The notes under the pieces: model-generated | Databases searched by the model: none | Told to the model about the DNA's origin: nothing | Seen by the model: only the letters and a program-made list of their open reading frames with translations | Translations under genes and position numbers: made by a program | From: Patellaria atrata CBS 101060 | Lineage: Eukaryota | Direction of reading: 5' to 3' | Assembly (NCBI GenBank): GCA_010093705.1 | Contig: MU006092.1 | Span: forward strand, 1,516,111-1,580,110 | DNA length: 64,000 nt | Shown: positions 1 through 12,419 of the stretch, piece by piece | Layout: each line of letters opens with the position of its first letter | Numbering within the stretch: position 1 is the stretch's first letter

Positions 1-3000
1 TTTTGGGATACTAGGGACAGCATTTTGCGGGACGGTTTTCCGCTTGGAATATTGCAATACGTTCAAGGATTTTGGAGATCTGGTCAACAGTCTCGCAGTT
101 TTCTTTCCTGCAAATAATTCATTGTTCTATTCAGTTCAATTTACTTTTTCATTTATCACCTCTTTTCTCTTGCCTGGAATGGTAATTAGAGCGGTGTTAC
201 CCTTTCTATCCATAGTTAGCTCTCTCAGCTAAAAACCTTGAAAGCTCAATCTTCGATGAGCTTATCTCTCAGCCCTGCCCACGCTCCGTGAAGCTGATCG
301 CATGACATGCTTTGCTCAAATTGCTTGTTTGCTATGTACGACCATCGATGCAGTTACACTGTCGGCAGTCGTGTATGGCTTCTATTTCGTCCGACCACTT
401 CATTAATTATCGCGTCTATTTTCGCATCTCTTTCCTCCTGGTATTCCACACAATCCTCGCGATCAGACTCTACTTCACAGTCCCATTCTTTTTTAATTTA
501 CAATTAGACCCCAGGATCCAAATCAGGGAATTCGGACCCCAAAAGTCCACGACACGGCAGGGTAACCCGGTTGCACCCGCGTCTAAAAATCACTTTCACC
601 CGAAGGTTTGACTGTACGCTCTCTATATCACCGAGTCTACCTACAGTGACTCCCCGTTGACGTCGCTTCATCGCTTGCGACGCGGGCCGTTGATGAGCAG
701 ACAATCATGTTCTGATGATGATGATGATGGTCGTACAGAACGGCGATAGCAAGGGTTAGACCTACGCGGCGCTGCATCGCGGCCCCCCACAGGATTCCTC
801 TAGAATTTTTTTTTTAGCATCGTGACTCTGTAAAGATGCACGGCCGTTTCAAGTAGTTCAAGGGAATAGAGTCCGAGAATGTTCTCGAAGGCGGTCACCG
901 TAGCTCCAGAGTTGTCACGAAGTGGTTTTCGGCGACTTTTTGTACTACCATCGCGTATAAGTCAAGTGTAAAATTGTCCGGTAGTGGTTCGTCTGGATGC
1001 GCACAGTGCATCATATGCTACTATAAAGACACGGTAGAACTGTTGATGAAACCCATCCCGGTTATTCTAGTAATATGCCTACTTGGGTCTACTGTTCGCA
1101 GTGTTCAGGTGGAGGAACTGGGGAGAAGGATTCAGACGCAATAATAAGCTTATGCGGATTGAGGTACATGTACAGTATCTGTAACTGACTACCAGCCTTA
1201 TGGCTCAAATGACCTATTTCTATAGAACCAATACTATCGCCGACATAGCTGGCACGAGCATCAGATTGCTGAGTGATTAGCGATCTCACCATCTGCACTC
1301 CAGGTTCAACACCATCTTCCCCCATGGTGTCGTATGAAATTGGTAATATCGGAGTCTCGATTGCTTGCACATGACATAATCTGATTTCCTTATACAGCAT
1401 TGCAACCATCCGGTTGGATCATAGCTCTCAGTAGAGCGACGTAAGATGATATATTCCGTACTCTCCGTACCCATTTTTGCATACAAAGATGGTTCTCGTT
1501 GACGCACGCTCACTCTTATCATTTATTCGGTGGTGTCGGTCAAGCCGCCAGGAAGTTCGATTTTGAACAATTTGCTCTTTGAGATCTTCAGAAGCAGGGG
1601 CACGCTTTTTGCGATTTGAAATCTTTCTCGCTTGACATTTCAAGAAAAAGACACCAAGGGCTCGTGGCACCCGATAAGGCGTTCACTAAAATTCTATAAG
1701 GCGTTAGGAGCGTTAGGAGTGCAAGGTCACCCATCGCTTGGTGCACAAGGGGGTTATCTATTCTCGTACCACGACCCTTCTTGGCACAAGGCACTCTTCC
1801 TGTCTCGCCAAGTCGAATTCTAAGCCTCATCTTCCGTTCTCTTCATCCCCATCTACCGTAATTTTCGCACAACTAGCGGCTCTGCTCCTCAGGATCAAGG
1901 GATATAGAAACTGCCACTTTCCATATTTACCTCTTACGATCATTGGGATTTGCTCAAAGGCCCTGGTCTAAGTCTATTGTCAACTCATTTTACCAGAATC
2001 AGCCTCGTACGATGGGCATTGACTTATCGAACTATGCTTCCTTGAATAACTATCGAGTCTTCAGTCACGACCACAACAGCAGTCTATCATAGCCATGATT
2101 CATGCGAACATCTTTCCTACTATCAAGTCATCGCTACCTCCGACATCTTGGAAATCACAGCATTCGCTTTGACGACAGAGAGGTAGGCATCCAGCGCATT
2201 CGTTTGCCGGACGAAAGAAGTTTCCCATCTACCTGCTCGTAACTCTCCTGTCGTTGCATTATTCTTGTCTGTTTTATTTACCGCATGTCACTATATTGTG
2301 AACTGTCCCGACAGATCACTTCTTGGAAGGGATGGAGCCCACAAAACCTCATTGCTCTCGTTGCTTTGCGTCGCACTCAAGCAACAAAGAGCTCTTGACC
2401 TGACCGCTTATGATCGTTACTATAACTACCTTTTAGGAGAAAATGGTGCTCTAGAGTGTTGATCCCTCTACTGCTTTCATGGAAGGCAACAGATTGAGGA
2501 TAGAGTAACGCTTGGGTTGTTTCCACTTATCACCTCAAACCGTCTCTCCACATGTCAGCTTTTTTATCGTAAAATGCGCCTTCAACTTTCCCAGATGCCG
2601 ACTGTATGCGTCGTCTGCCCTTGGACTCCCCCCTTGAGGTGATTTCTTTTCGTCTATTTTGGAAATGTTTTCCGCGCAAAATTTTCGGTGCCCCTGCGGC
2701 CTTCTCAAGTCATAACTATCGCCAGCAACGGCAAGACTGTGTCTCAATACTACGAAGTTAACATAGTTATGGGATCATTGATCTCAAACGAGTACAACTG
2801 GGGTTGATTCTTCAATCACGGCAGATCACGCAGTATCACTGTCAAGAAGCCAGATGACCGTGCGGTCTGTACCCTACAGTGATCAGCACCTCGACGGCGA
2901 AAGAAACTCACGAGCGTCTTTGCATTCTGCGTGCTCTAGGGTGACTGAGTCGCACTCCAGGTCTCGATACCATGATTTTCCGTGCACAAAGAATGGCGCA

Positions 3001-6000
3001 GCACTGTAAAGACAAACTGTGTAACCTCCTAACGAACTGGGAAGTCATCAGGAGTAGTGGCTCAGAGTCAAATCCGTTATCTTGCTGCCGTGAGGGCTTA
3101 GCTTTCATAGACTTCCCCGCTTGGAAAATGCAGAAGATATGCAGAATACCCCTGCCGTTGTCAAACTGAAGAATGGGGTCTTGTTTCAATTTCATACTGA
3201 CCTTACCTATCGGTCCTGTGAAGCATGAGGGTGTACAGACTGTGCGGAAGGTGACTACGCTTTGTTACAACCCATAGCATCACTGCGCATTTTCGAAATC
3301 AGGTATCTGAGTGTAAATTGAACTTGACGGTTGTACAAGACGGCAAGTCGGGACGTGGGGAGCACAATACCATTGCAGCGGATGTATTCTGCAAAGTAAC
3401 ACACTTCGACGAGACGAGCCGAAGACAACGTCGGGCGATTTATGTCACCTGTGCATCCGGACAGGGTTGTGTTGACAGTGCATCGGCAATATCGAGGTAA
3501 ACCAAAAAAAGACATGTTCACTGAATAAAACAAGATGATAACAATTCATATCCTCTCCAGTCCCCGCAAGTGGAGGGACCGTATCCTTGGAATATCTACT
3601 GCAGTTTCCAAATGTTGGTACATTACTTCGAATCAGTAAGATAATGAAACGAGATGAGCTATTACAAGATCACCACATCTGTGCGCACTGTATAGAACTA
3701 CACGAGGTTTCCAGGGTATCTAGTCGTCGATCAAAATCATTCAAGGCATCGTTATTTTGTGATACGTGTCAAAAGTCCTCTTCGATGCGAGTTCAGCTGG
3801 AACACCATGCCCACCCGCAAGATCCATATCGGTACAGCGAACCTGCTTGTTGAAGGTCCGCATAGTTCTAGGCTACGAGGTACATCCATTACCAACACAT
3901 AGTGGGGAACTTAGAAGTATCAACATTGGAAGAAGAATAGGTTCTCGAGGCGATTATTGCCGGAATACTCACCATTTGTTAGGCAAATCTTACCTCAGGT
4001 CGCCACAGAAGCCTCGTGCAGTGGCAACAATACCTCGAGAGTATTGAACCGACCAACCATCGTTATCCGATACTGATCCACCCCGATAAACACGAGCGCC
4101 GTACATGAGGATGCAACACGATCCTGAGAGCGGGGGATGTCCAATACCCAGAGTATGGATGCCTACAGCCACGCGACCTGGAATCAGCGATATGCGGCTC
4201 GCCGAAAACGCAGCGGAGGTATTCTGGGGCTTGGATAAATACTTTAACGGGTATACAACAGACGATCACTCGTCAAGAGACGGCAAGCTCGCTACTTTAT
4301 CGAGGTTGTATGCGAAACGTTGAACTCAACCTTCGTGGAATGAAACGAGTCGTTGCTCTTGCAGGACGATCATAAGTCGCTGAAATCTATGATAAGAAGT
4401 GGCAATATCATGCAGACCACCCTTTGTCGAGTCCTTCAGAAGGAATGATTGACCAAGGTCGGCGACTGTATGAGAGCGGGGTTCGGCCAGAGGTAGGCAC
4501 AAGTATTGTTCCTGTACGGTATGTTAACGAGAGAAGTAGATTCTATTTTCCTGCCTTCGAAGGCAATGATTTATTGTCTGTGCAAGCGGGAATAAGCTGA
4601 GCGATGGCAAAAAGCATTGATACCCACGAGTTCTGCGCCGCGTAAATGTCCGAACACCACGAGCTGTTACGGCAAGCACGCGAGAGAGGCGCTACGGCCA
4701 TTCCGTAGATGCAGTTTGATAGCCCAGTTCTTCAAAAGAATACCGTTGATGGCGGAAATACACTTCAGCGGCAAATTCACCGGATAGAAGACATCGCCGA
4801 CTGTTCTGCGAATGTATCAGGGACGGGAACAGGTCGTGACGATAAAACAACCTAGAATTTCAAACCCAAAGATTTACCGCAGCTGAATTACAGTAGAGAT
4901 CCATCAGCTCTCTCCGGAGTGCCCATCTCAGTTCGCCTCCTACCTTGAAATTTCTTTCACGCGACTAGTCTTCCACATTTCTAGTTGTCAATTTCAAGAT
5001 TCCCTAGTCATTCACGTACAAGCTCTATTTGATCTCTATCATATTCATTGCTGGAAATTTCTTACCTTACGATATTTATTACCAAGCTTTTAAGGTACTT
5101 CCCTCAACGCCTGTAGATTTACCTTCTCCAAAGTTTGTCCGCTTTGTTATATCACTTGTACAGTATATCAGCATCCTACCGTCAATCATTTTTACAGTGG
5201 TGAACAACGTGTGAACAGAGGGACACCAGAATTGACGTCCAGCTTTCTGGAAAATGTTCACGAGGTCGAGTTCATGCCTAGAATCACACTCCAAGAGTTA
5301 CTTATCAATCCAGAGCCAGCGTTTCTTCTCGTTATCGAAACTACAATTCTCGTATGCATTCTTCTAGTGATATGAAGGGTAAGAAACCTAGCGCCATTCC
5401 AGTTCATCTGATGCTACATCGTCCGCGAAGCAGATGGTTTCAGTACGTAGTTCCGTAGCATCTCATAGCCTTCCAACGAAACAGTTGAACAAAAGTAAAT
5501 AAAGCAATCCAAACTCAACACCATCACACTCGGTCATGACAAAATGATGTTCTGAAATGTTTCGTAGTCTTATCGCCCTTGTGCTTTATCCCATGTTGCG
5601 TTTACAGTCTCCTATGAACTCATTCGGAGATTTTCTTCCCTACACCTGTCCTTTATAAAGTACATTCTACACGCCTACCCATCGGTCCAGATTAACTCGT
5701 CAGTACTAGATTGACTATACTTACCATGTTTGTCCCGGCGCAGGTACTCTGCATGGGAGCTTCAAGTCCTTTTTCGTTCGACGGGATTTGTGTGTTGAGC
5801 CCATAATGGTTGAGCATTAGGAATGATTATGACCGATGTTTCGGTTCTCCTGCTGAGATGCCGGTTTGGTTTTTGTTTGCTCTCTACTCTGTTGGTAGAG
5901 TAGTGAGAGAGGTGTCGATATCGGTCAAGCATAGTAAGCAGAGAGCTCCCCGTGCCCTCCTTCGATTAACAACCCCTTATCAGTCTTTCGATCATATCGC

Positions 6001-6205
6001 TTCGTGTTGTGTTATCTACATGACCTATATTACGCTACAGATTACCAAATAACCGCATCTCCACCCCCAAAGTTGAAGAACACCTTACGTCGTCCGCTCC
6101 TGCCTTTTTATATTCACATCGTTTCCCAACTCAGCGTCCGCACGCTAACTCGACTTAAATCCAACCTACAACGCCGAAACCCCAAAATTTCTCCGTCACA
6201 GTCGG

Positions 6206-8394
6206 CTACTCCGGCCCATCCTCCCGCTTGATAGGATGAAACAGCATACCCCTCAAACACATCCTCCCACTCCCCTCATTCTCCTGCTTCGCACCCCCCT
6301 CACCCCCCTCAATTTCACCCAACCACCTCCTCCACACCCTCGGTGCAAAATCGCTATTGTAATAAAAGCTACTGCCTTTCAAATTATGCTCTCCCCACCC
6401 AAACGGGCTCTCATGGGGCTTTTGCGGGTAGTTGAAAATCTTATCCATATACTCCAGGTCCCAGTTGTGGTCGAAATAGACCGGGTGCGGGGCGTAGACA
6501 GCTTTGAGACCGTAGTGGAGACACATTGTCGGGGGGAACATCTCGGCGAACATGTTGCGCTTCTTGAGGACGTTTTCGTCGTGCATGGTCTGAAGCAGAC
6601 GGCGGGAGAGGCGGGAGACGGTGACGATGGCGGCGCGGCGAGGGGGAGGGGGGAACTTGCTGTTGTAGCCGTTTATATCGTTGCGGAGGGGCCAGTTGGT
6701 TACTTCGACGTCGAAGAGGGGGTTGAAGGATATGAAGTCGGCGGGTTCGTCGACACCCCATTGGTTGTTGTCCTCTTCGTAAGAGGATGGGGGAATGGTT
6801 CCGGTGATAGAGGGAAGCATGCCGGTGTTTTCGAATTTCAGAGGACCCCAGATTGGTGTCTTGCCACGGTTTGCTGTCTCCTGATCAACCATGGTGGAGA
6901 ATTCGTTCCAGTTGCCGTGCTTGCGCGGAATCCAGAACCAAGCACTCCGTTCCCAAAGGCCCTTGCGGGGCTGCTTAGTTGCCCAATCCGCGATCCGCGA
7001 GGTGAGTTCATAATAATGACCCGAGTATCTGAGGTCCATTTCCCAGTTCCAGAAATAGTCGTATTCGGGGTGCTGCTGCGCAAACCACTGCAGCGGCATG
7101 TGTGGACTTCTATAAACGCCGTGAATTTCACCTTTTGGGTTTACATCCAGCTGGAAGTCGAAAGGACCAGGGTAGTAGGCTCTCATTTGTGGAACCGACC
7201 AAAGCGTTGCGAGACCCCAGAACTCCTCCGGAAGGTTCTCGTGGATGGTGCGGTTATAGATCTCTTCGGAGGCGAAGATCGGTATGTTTTCATCTTTGAC
7301 ATGTAGTAAAAGATGCACGTCATATTCACCGCCTGATTTCAGGGAAAGCTCGTTGATCATAGCACGTAGAGTCATGATACGATACGGATTCCACTTATAT
7401 CCTGTCCAAACGCGCAGTACAAAGGCTTGTCGTACGAGTTTCTTCTTGTCGCTTTGGGAATCATCATGATATCTCTGCTTGTTCTTCTCATAACATTTTG
7501 CCTGTGCCTTGCCCCAGTCCATCTTACGGTAGTCAATCTTTCCTATAACGTCGAATATCTTCTCACTACCAGCTCTTTCAGACTTATCTCCTAATCCAAG
7601 GCCTCCATCTTCAGGGTTATACCCGTACCCGTACGGAGCGAAGCGTCCGAAACGGTCAAAGCATTTGTCCTCGGTTAAAGTTAGTTCTTCATACGATCCA
7701 AAGAACGGCTCAGTCATGTTTTGCGGGACCCCAGGATAAGCGTAAATGTCTGGCGCATGGACATTTTCTTCATCGTCCAAATAGCATTGTTCAATGGGCT
7801 GAAAATTGTCAAAGAATTCCAACGACTCATATTGCGGATAAGGGTTGAAAGGGTCGGGATCGAGTGGGAGAATAGGCTCTGAAGAAGGAGGTGCGGCGGC
7901 CTCAAACGAAGGGGACTGCGAATCAGGCGTTGTAGTATTAAAGTTCTGTTCGGATACATAATCGGAGTAAGGAACTAGTAGTTTAACGCCATTGTAGAAA
8001 CCACCAAGTCTATAAATTACATAGGTCAGTTACTATGCTATACTTCAAAGATGCTATCATCCTACTTTGGGTACAGTTCCCAAGGAAACACCAATTTCGG
8101 TTTTTTGTGTTCCTCAACCCATTTGTTGCGCCGATGGATTCCCCCCGCAATGATGGCCGATAGGAATAGTAGAACTGCAGTTGCTAATACGATCAACCGC
8201 GCGGAGAACCTCGGTTGAGAGAAGACTGCATCCTTCGGACTCAGAGAACGCCATCGGAATTTCCTCCAAGACAGAGGGCTAAAGGGTGTGGATGCGCTCG
8301 AAAGCTCGTGTTCGGGTAGTTTCTCGTAAGAAAAGTTCGTCCTGAGCTTAGGGAAGGAAATCAAGCCGGCAAGTCGCGACAATGTGGGATTCAT
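6206..8394 (-). CDS. DUF3405-family type II membrane protein (2 exons; intron about 8065-8010)
   Basis: ATG at 8394. Exon 1 encodes one TM segment (LIVLATAVLLFLSAIIAGGI). Donor GTAGG at 8065 and acceptor AG at 8010 lead into the frame of the 538-aa ORF. Motifs YDYFWNWEMD, RLSRRLL and FGWGEHN match my recollection of fungal DUF3405 proteins. Confidence 0.8.
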
Positions 8395-9809
8395 CACTCC
8401 TTAGGTTATCTGAGAAGGACGCGCATCACGGTTTGAGGGGTACGGGAAGCTCGCTCGATTGCACGTGGGACACCTCCAGTTCTAACCGGGGGAGAAGAGG
8501 ATGGTTTTCGGAGGAAATATGGAGGGGGGAGTTTTATTGTAACGACCGTGAGTATCTGAGGTGTAGAAAACATGGTGAAGGCGAGAAGAGGCAGAAGAGG
8601 AGAAAGGTAGACGGCACTAGTTCTGGAGGGTACGTACACAATGTCAAGGTTGTTTGCTAGTTAATCTGGAAAGTGCAGCGAAGGAAGTTGCTTCTACATG
8701 CAGCGGTTACCATTTTAAGCCGTAACCTAATAGATCCCGTCATAGATTGGCTTTCGGTGGCTTGCTCGTGCTCTACTAGCATGAGTGTTGATTGGTTTTG
8801 TTGATAGCTTAAATTATGATTGACCATTCATCTTTAGGTTTGCAAAGCTTAATAAAAAGCGATTCCATATCGAGTCAGAGCGTGGCGGAAGAAATATGGG
8901 TACCGCGTATCGGCTAAGAAGAGGACTAATGACGAATTTGACCCTAGTTCTGAACTAATTTCTCGCCGCTGCATTCTCTAAAATTCCTTTTCTCATCTCC
9001 TTTACGATGCATCTGTTTTCCTTCTCCATCTCATCGTCTTATATCAAAATCGACGCTCTAAATATACTGTACAGTACCCCTTTTTGGGACACCATTATTG
9101 CCATTATTACCCCTTAATCACAGTTGGCGATGATACAACCTAATATATCTGAAACCCAAACGAGATTGTCGCTTTTCCGAACCTTGCATTTAACCAGTTT
9201 TCATTATGAGGCATGCCAGGCCATTATTGAGAAGGCGCCTCCCGCTTCCTCTAGATTTCCCCTGAAAATATCGGCGTCGAACTTCATACTCCAAAGATGT
9301 CAAACGTTAGAGCTAGAGAGTCTTGGTATAATACAGTAACTGATGAATGAATTCTCTCGAGCGTTCACTGCAGTTGGTAAGCATACAATCTTATCGCTAA
9401 GATTGCAGGCCCTTGTCAGATCCTTATCGATTCCTTGCTCTTGGCCGTTCATACGATCCAACAGCGAACCTTGCGAAGAGTTCGGAATACAGGAACACCT
9501 TCCCTATTTACACTTTGGCCTACTACAATATAGTTCTTGTATCTCCGGCTGTCGATCGGGGCTTTGCTTTGGTACGCAAGCATTGCTTCAAAGTATGCGC
9601 TACATATCAGTCGTATTCTCTATCCATCCCTTAATCGGTGCTTCCTAGAGAGATACAGAGTCCGCAATTTTGCTCGGCTTTGACTAGAGCCTGCCAAACG
9701 GATAAGGATCAATAAAAACAAAGGGTTTCATCGGAACGATTGATGATCGCTGAGGCTCCCGTCAAAGTTGATTAATATATGAAGATAAAGTGGTGTGTTG
9801 AGTATATCT

Positions 9810-10558
9810 TCAGTCAGTCCAAACATGATCATCACCAAAAGTCCTGCGCCCTAGTCGACGCTCTACATCTCTCCATTCTCTACTCACCCAAGACATCCCA
9901 GTATTATGAGCGCCGGGGACTGGCTCTGTTTCATTGCCATTCTGTTTCCTTTTTCCCCTTCCTTTCTTACCACTGGTGAGTTCAGCGATTTCTTCAAAAG
10001 CTTGAATGTCAAATTGCGTTCCATAGGTCGTCCGACTGAGTTCTGATGCATGATTCTGAATATATAAATTTTTCTCCACAAGCTTGTTTTCGAGCGCTTT
10101 GAAGCGGATGTATTGGTCCCTAGTCAATTTCTTCAACTCTGGTTTGTCGAGCATGGAATTCATCCGGGGCGGACCACATATTTCTCGGGACAACTCCTCA
10201 TCCCCAAATCCGGCCAGCTCGGCTCGCAGACAGATCTTCCAGATCTCATTGGGCTCGATTTGGTAGGTTTCTCTGACCTTCTGGCTCCGCGAAGTGCTGC
10301 TGGCCATTTCATCGGAACCTGGCCCACCTATTTCAGACTTGTCAGCTCTAAAATCCCAGCAATATTGTTGTATTTTTTTATTCAACATATACTTCTTGGG
10401 TCCTTCGTTTGTCCATCATACCACCATCCGCGTTCCTTCATCCGAGCGATAAACTCCGCGCGAGATATCTCAGATACCTCAACAGGCTCTTCCACCTGTC
10501 GGAATACAGGCATCTCTTCGGTTGGGTCAGAGGAATGCTTTTGCTCTCTTCTGGCAGT
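9810..10558 (-). CDS. Hypothetical protein, at least 2 exons; 5' end unresolved
   Basis: An open frame from about 10558 (TARREQKHSS...ERGWWYDGQTKDPR) joins the 9810-10388 ORF in frame through an intron at about 10392-10329 (GTATAT...GCTGAC...ATAG). No homology recognised. Confidence 0.4.
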
Positions 10559-11211
10559 CTAAGGAGTGGCCAATGACTTCTCTTCAAGAAACGGATGATG
10601 ATGATGGTGAGTATAGGAAGCACTGATATGTAATCAGAATGTTTGTTTCCTTTGTCATGAGTGTTGACGCTCATACTACAAAGGTGTGCGCAGTCACAAG
10701 ACATCAAGCGTCCACATGTGTCATACCATGTCACACTCTCATGCATGTGAAGGCGAGAGATGAAAATTGACATAGTACCGTGATTTGGCAATGTCTCTTT
10801 CTGGATCAGCAGGGAGGTGTTATCCCAGACCACCTGGTATTCTAATTGATGCTATCGTGAACGAACAAGGGTAGGTATAGAAATCGTGGAACTTTTGGTC
10901 AATAAATCTTTGCTAACGAATGAACTTCGCAAACAGAGGTACTAAGATTGCCATGGAAATGGTCTCTCAGTAAATGTAACAAACTTTCTCACCGGCCCAT
11001 TATCTTCCCTTGGGTCATCATCCTTCTTCCATTCTACGTAATCGCACTCATCAGCCGTCTTGTCACACGTGTCTGGCTTCAGCATTGAATTAAGTAGGAA
11101 AAGGGGAAAACCAATATCTCCGATAGAGGCTCAAGCATCTAAATAACCACCTCCCCCAAATGTAGCGAAAAGCAAATAGCAAAACGGTTCCCACCTGCTC
11201 TTCAAACCCTG

Positions 11212-11232
11212 TTTTTTTTTTTTTTTTTTTTT
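11212..11232 (+). repeat. Poly(T) tract (about 21 nt)
   Basis: Homopolymer run seen directly. Confidence 0.9.
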
Positions 11233-12419
11233 CTGATCATATCACCCATATGGTAACAGATTGTTGGACAGATAATGGCTCCTCAAAGGGATGAACACGG
11301 CCAGTATCATTGCGGCGTGGTTTGTCCGTGATTCACGTTGACCCGATATTACGTTACCGGCCACATTATGAAAGAAGCTAGTAAAATATTGTATGGAGTG
11401 TTAAAGGCATAGTCATGGTGTTTGCCTGTTTACGTGGGTTCGGTGAGGGAAGTTATGGAGAACGTAAGAGTTTGTTGATGATCATTGGGTATGTATAAAG
11501 AACTTACGGGTATCGAATGACATGACTGTTCGGTCTTGTGGGTAGAGTCATGCTAACGAGATTTTGAATTGTAGTATGGTATCACAGGATCGAACGTATG
11601 GCCTAGTCTACTGCCTTTTTGGGGTTACATAGCCCGCGCAGCTCCCTCTTGAGAACTATCTACAACTCAAATTAACGCGGGTCTTAAACAGTCCATCGAG
11701 TGAAAGTGCTAACTTCGGGTGAATTCCTTGAAGACGCAACATTGCCAAACAAGGGAACAAGGGGGAACATAGTTATGAGCCATTTTGCTAGGAATTCCTC
11801 CCTCACCTTACCCCTACACCTCCATGGCGTTCACGCAGTGTCCACTTTCCAATGATGCTGGACTCACTGCCCGATATCATGGGGAACATCACCATGATTC
11901 CTGACTACTGCTTATCACCACCTGGTTATATTGATGATGGACATCATCACCTCCCATCTCCCATCTCGTACCTTTGATTTCCGGTTGGGCTTGTAAGCCC
12001 CACAAACCCCAAATAACACATGTCTCTCATCTAGGCACCACAAGCCCAAAACAATGAAAGCTGATACTGTGTAGTGGGGAAACCCTCTCTGTCCTGTTTC
12101 TCCAAGAATCTGTCAAACTTTGCTGCAACGGTGGAAGAGAACGTCGGGACTTTGTATATGAGCAGAGGCTCGTATCTGGTTCGTTTCGCAAGACAGGGTC
12201 AAGCGGATCATGATGGTATGCTGGTATGCTGCGAACTCCCGCACGTGGAGTTGAATTATAGGTATCATTCTTTTGTGCAGCGGTATAATGATGAATTCTC
12301 CGTCGACAGGATCTTTTCTACGGTTTCGTTTACATCATGATATCTGCTGGACTCTTAACGCCCTGCCGGAGCGCAGAACTAATCTCAAAGCTATTGTAAA
12401 TGGGGTTTACGAAGGAACT

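Noticed and set aside
1089..1670. Two same-frame minus-strand ORFs separated by two stops; possible decayed gene
   Set aside because: No recognisable motif or splice structure, so it cannot be told apart from chance.
2900..4900. Coding-like composition with many short ORFs
   Set aside because: I could not assemble a consistent frame or family; it may be a degraded gene and needs tBLASTx.
6236..7306. 356-aa plus-strand ORF
   Set aside because: Antisense shadow of the DUF3405 gene.
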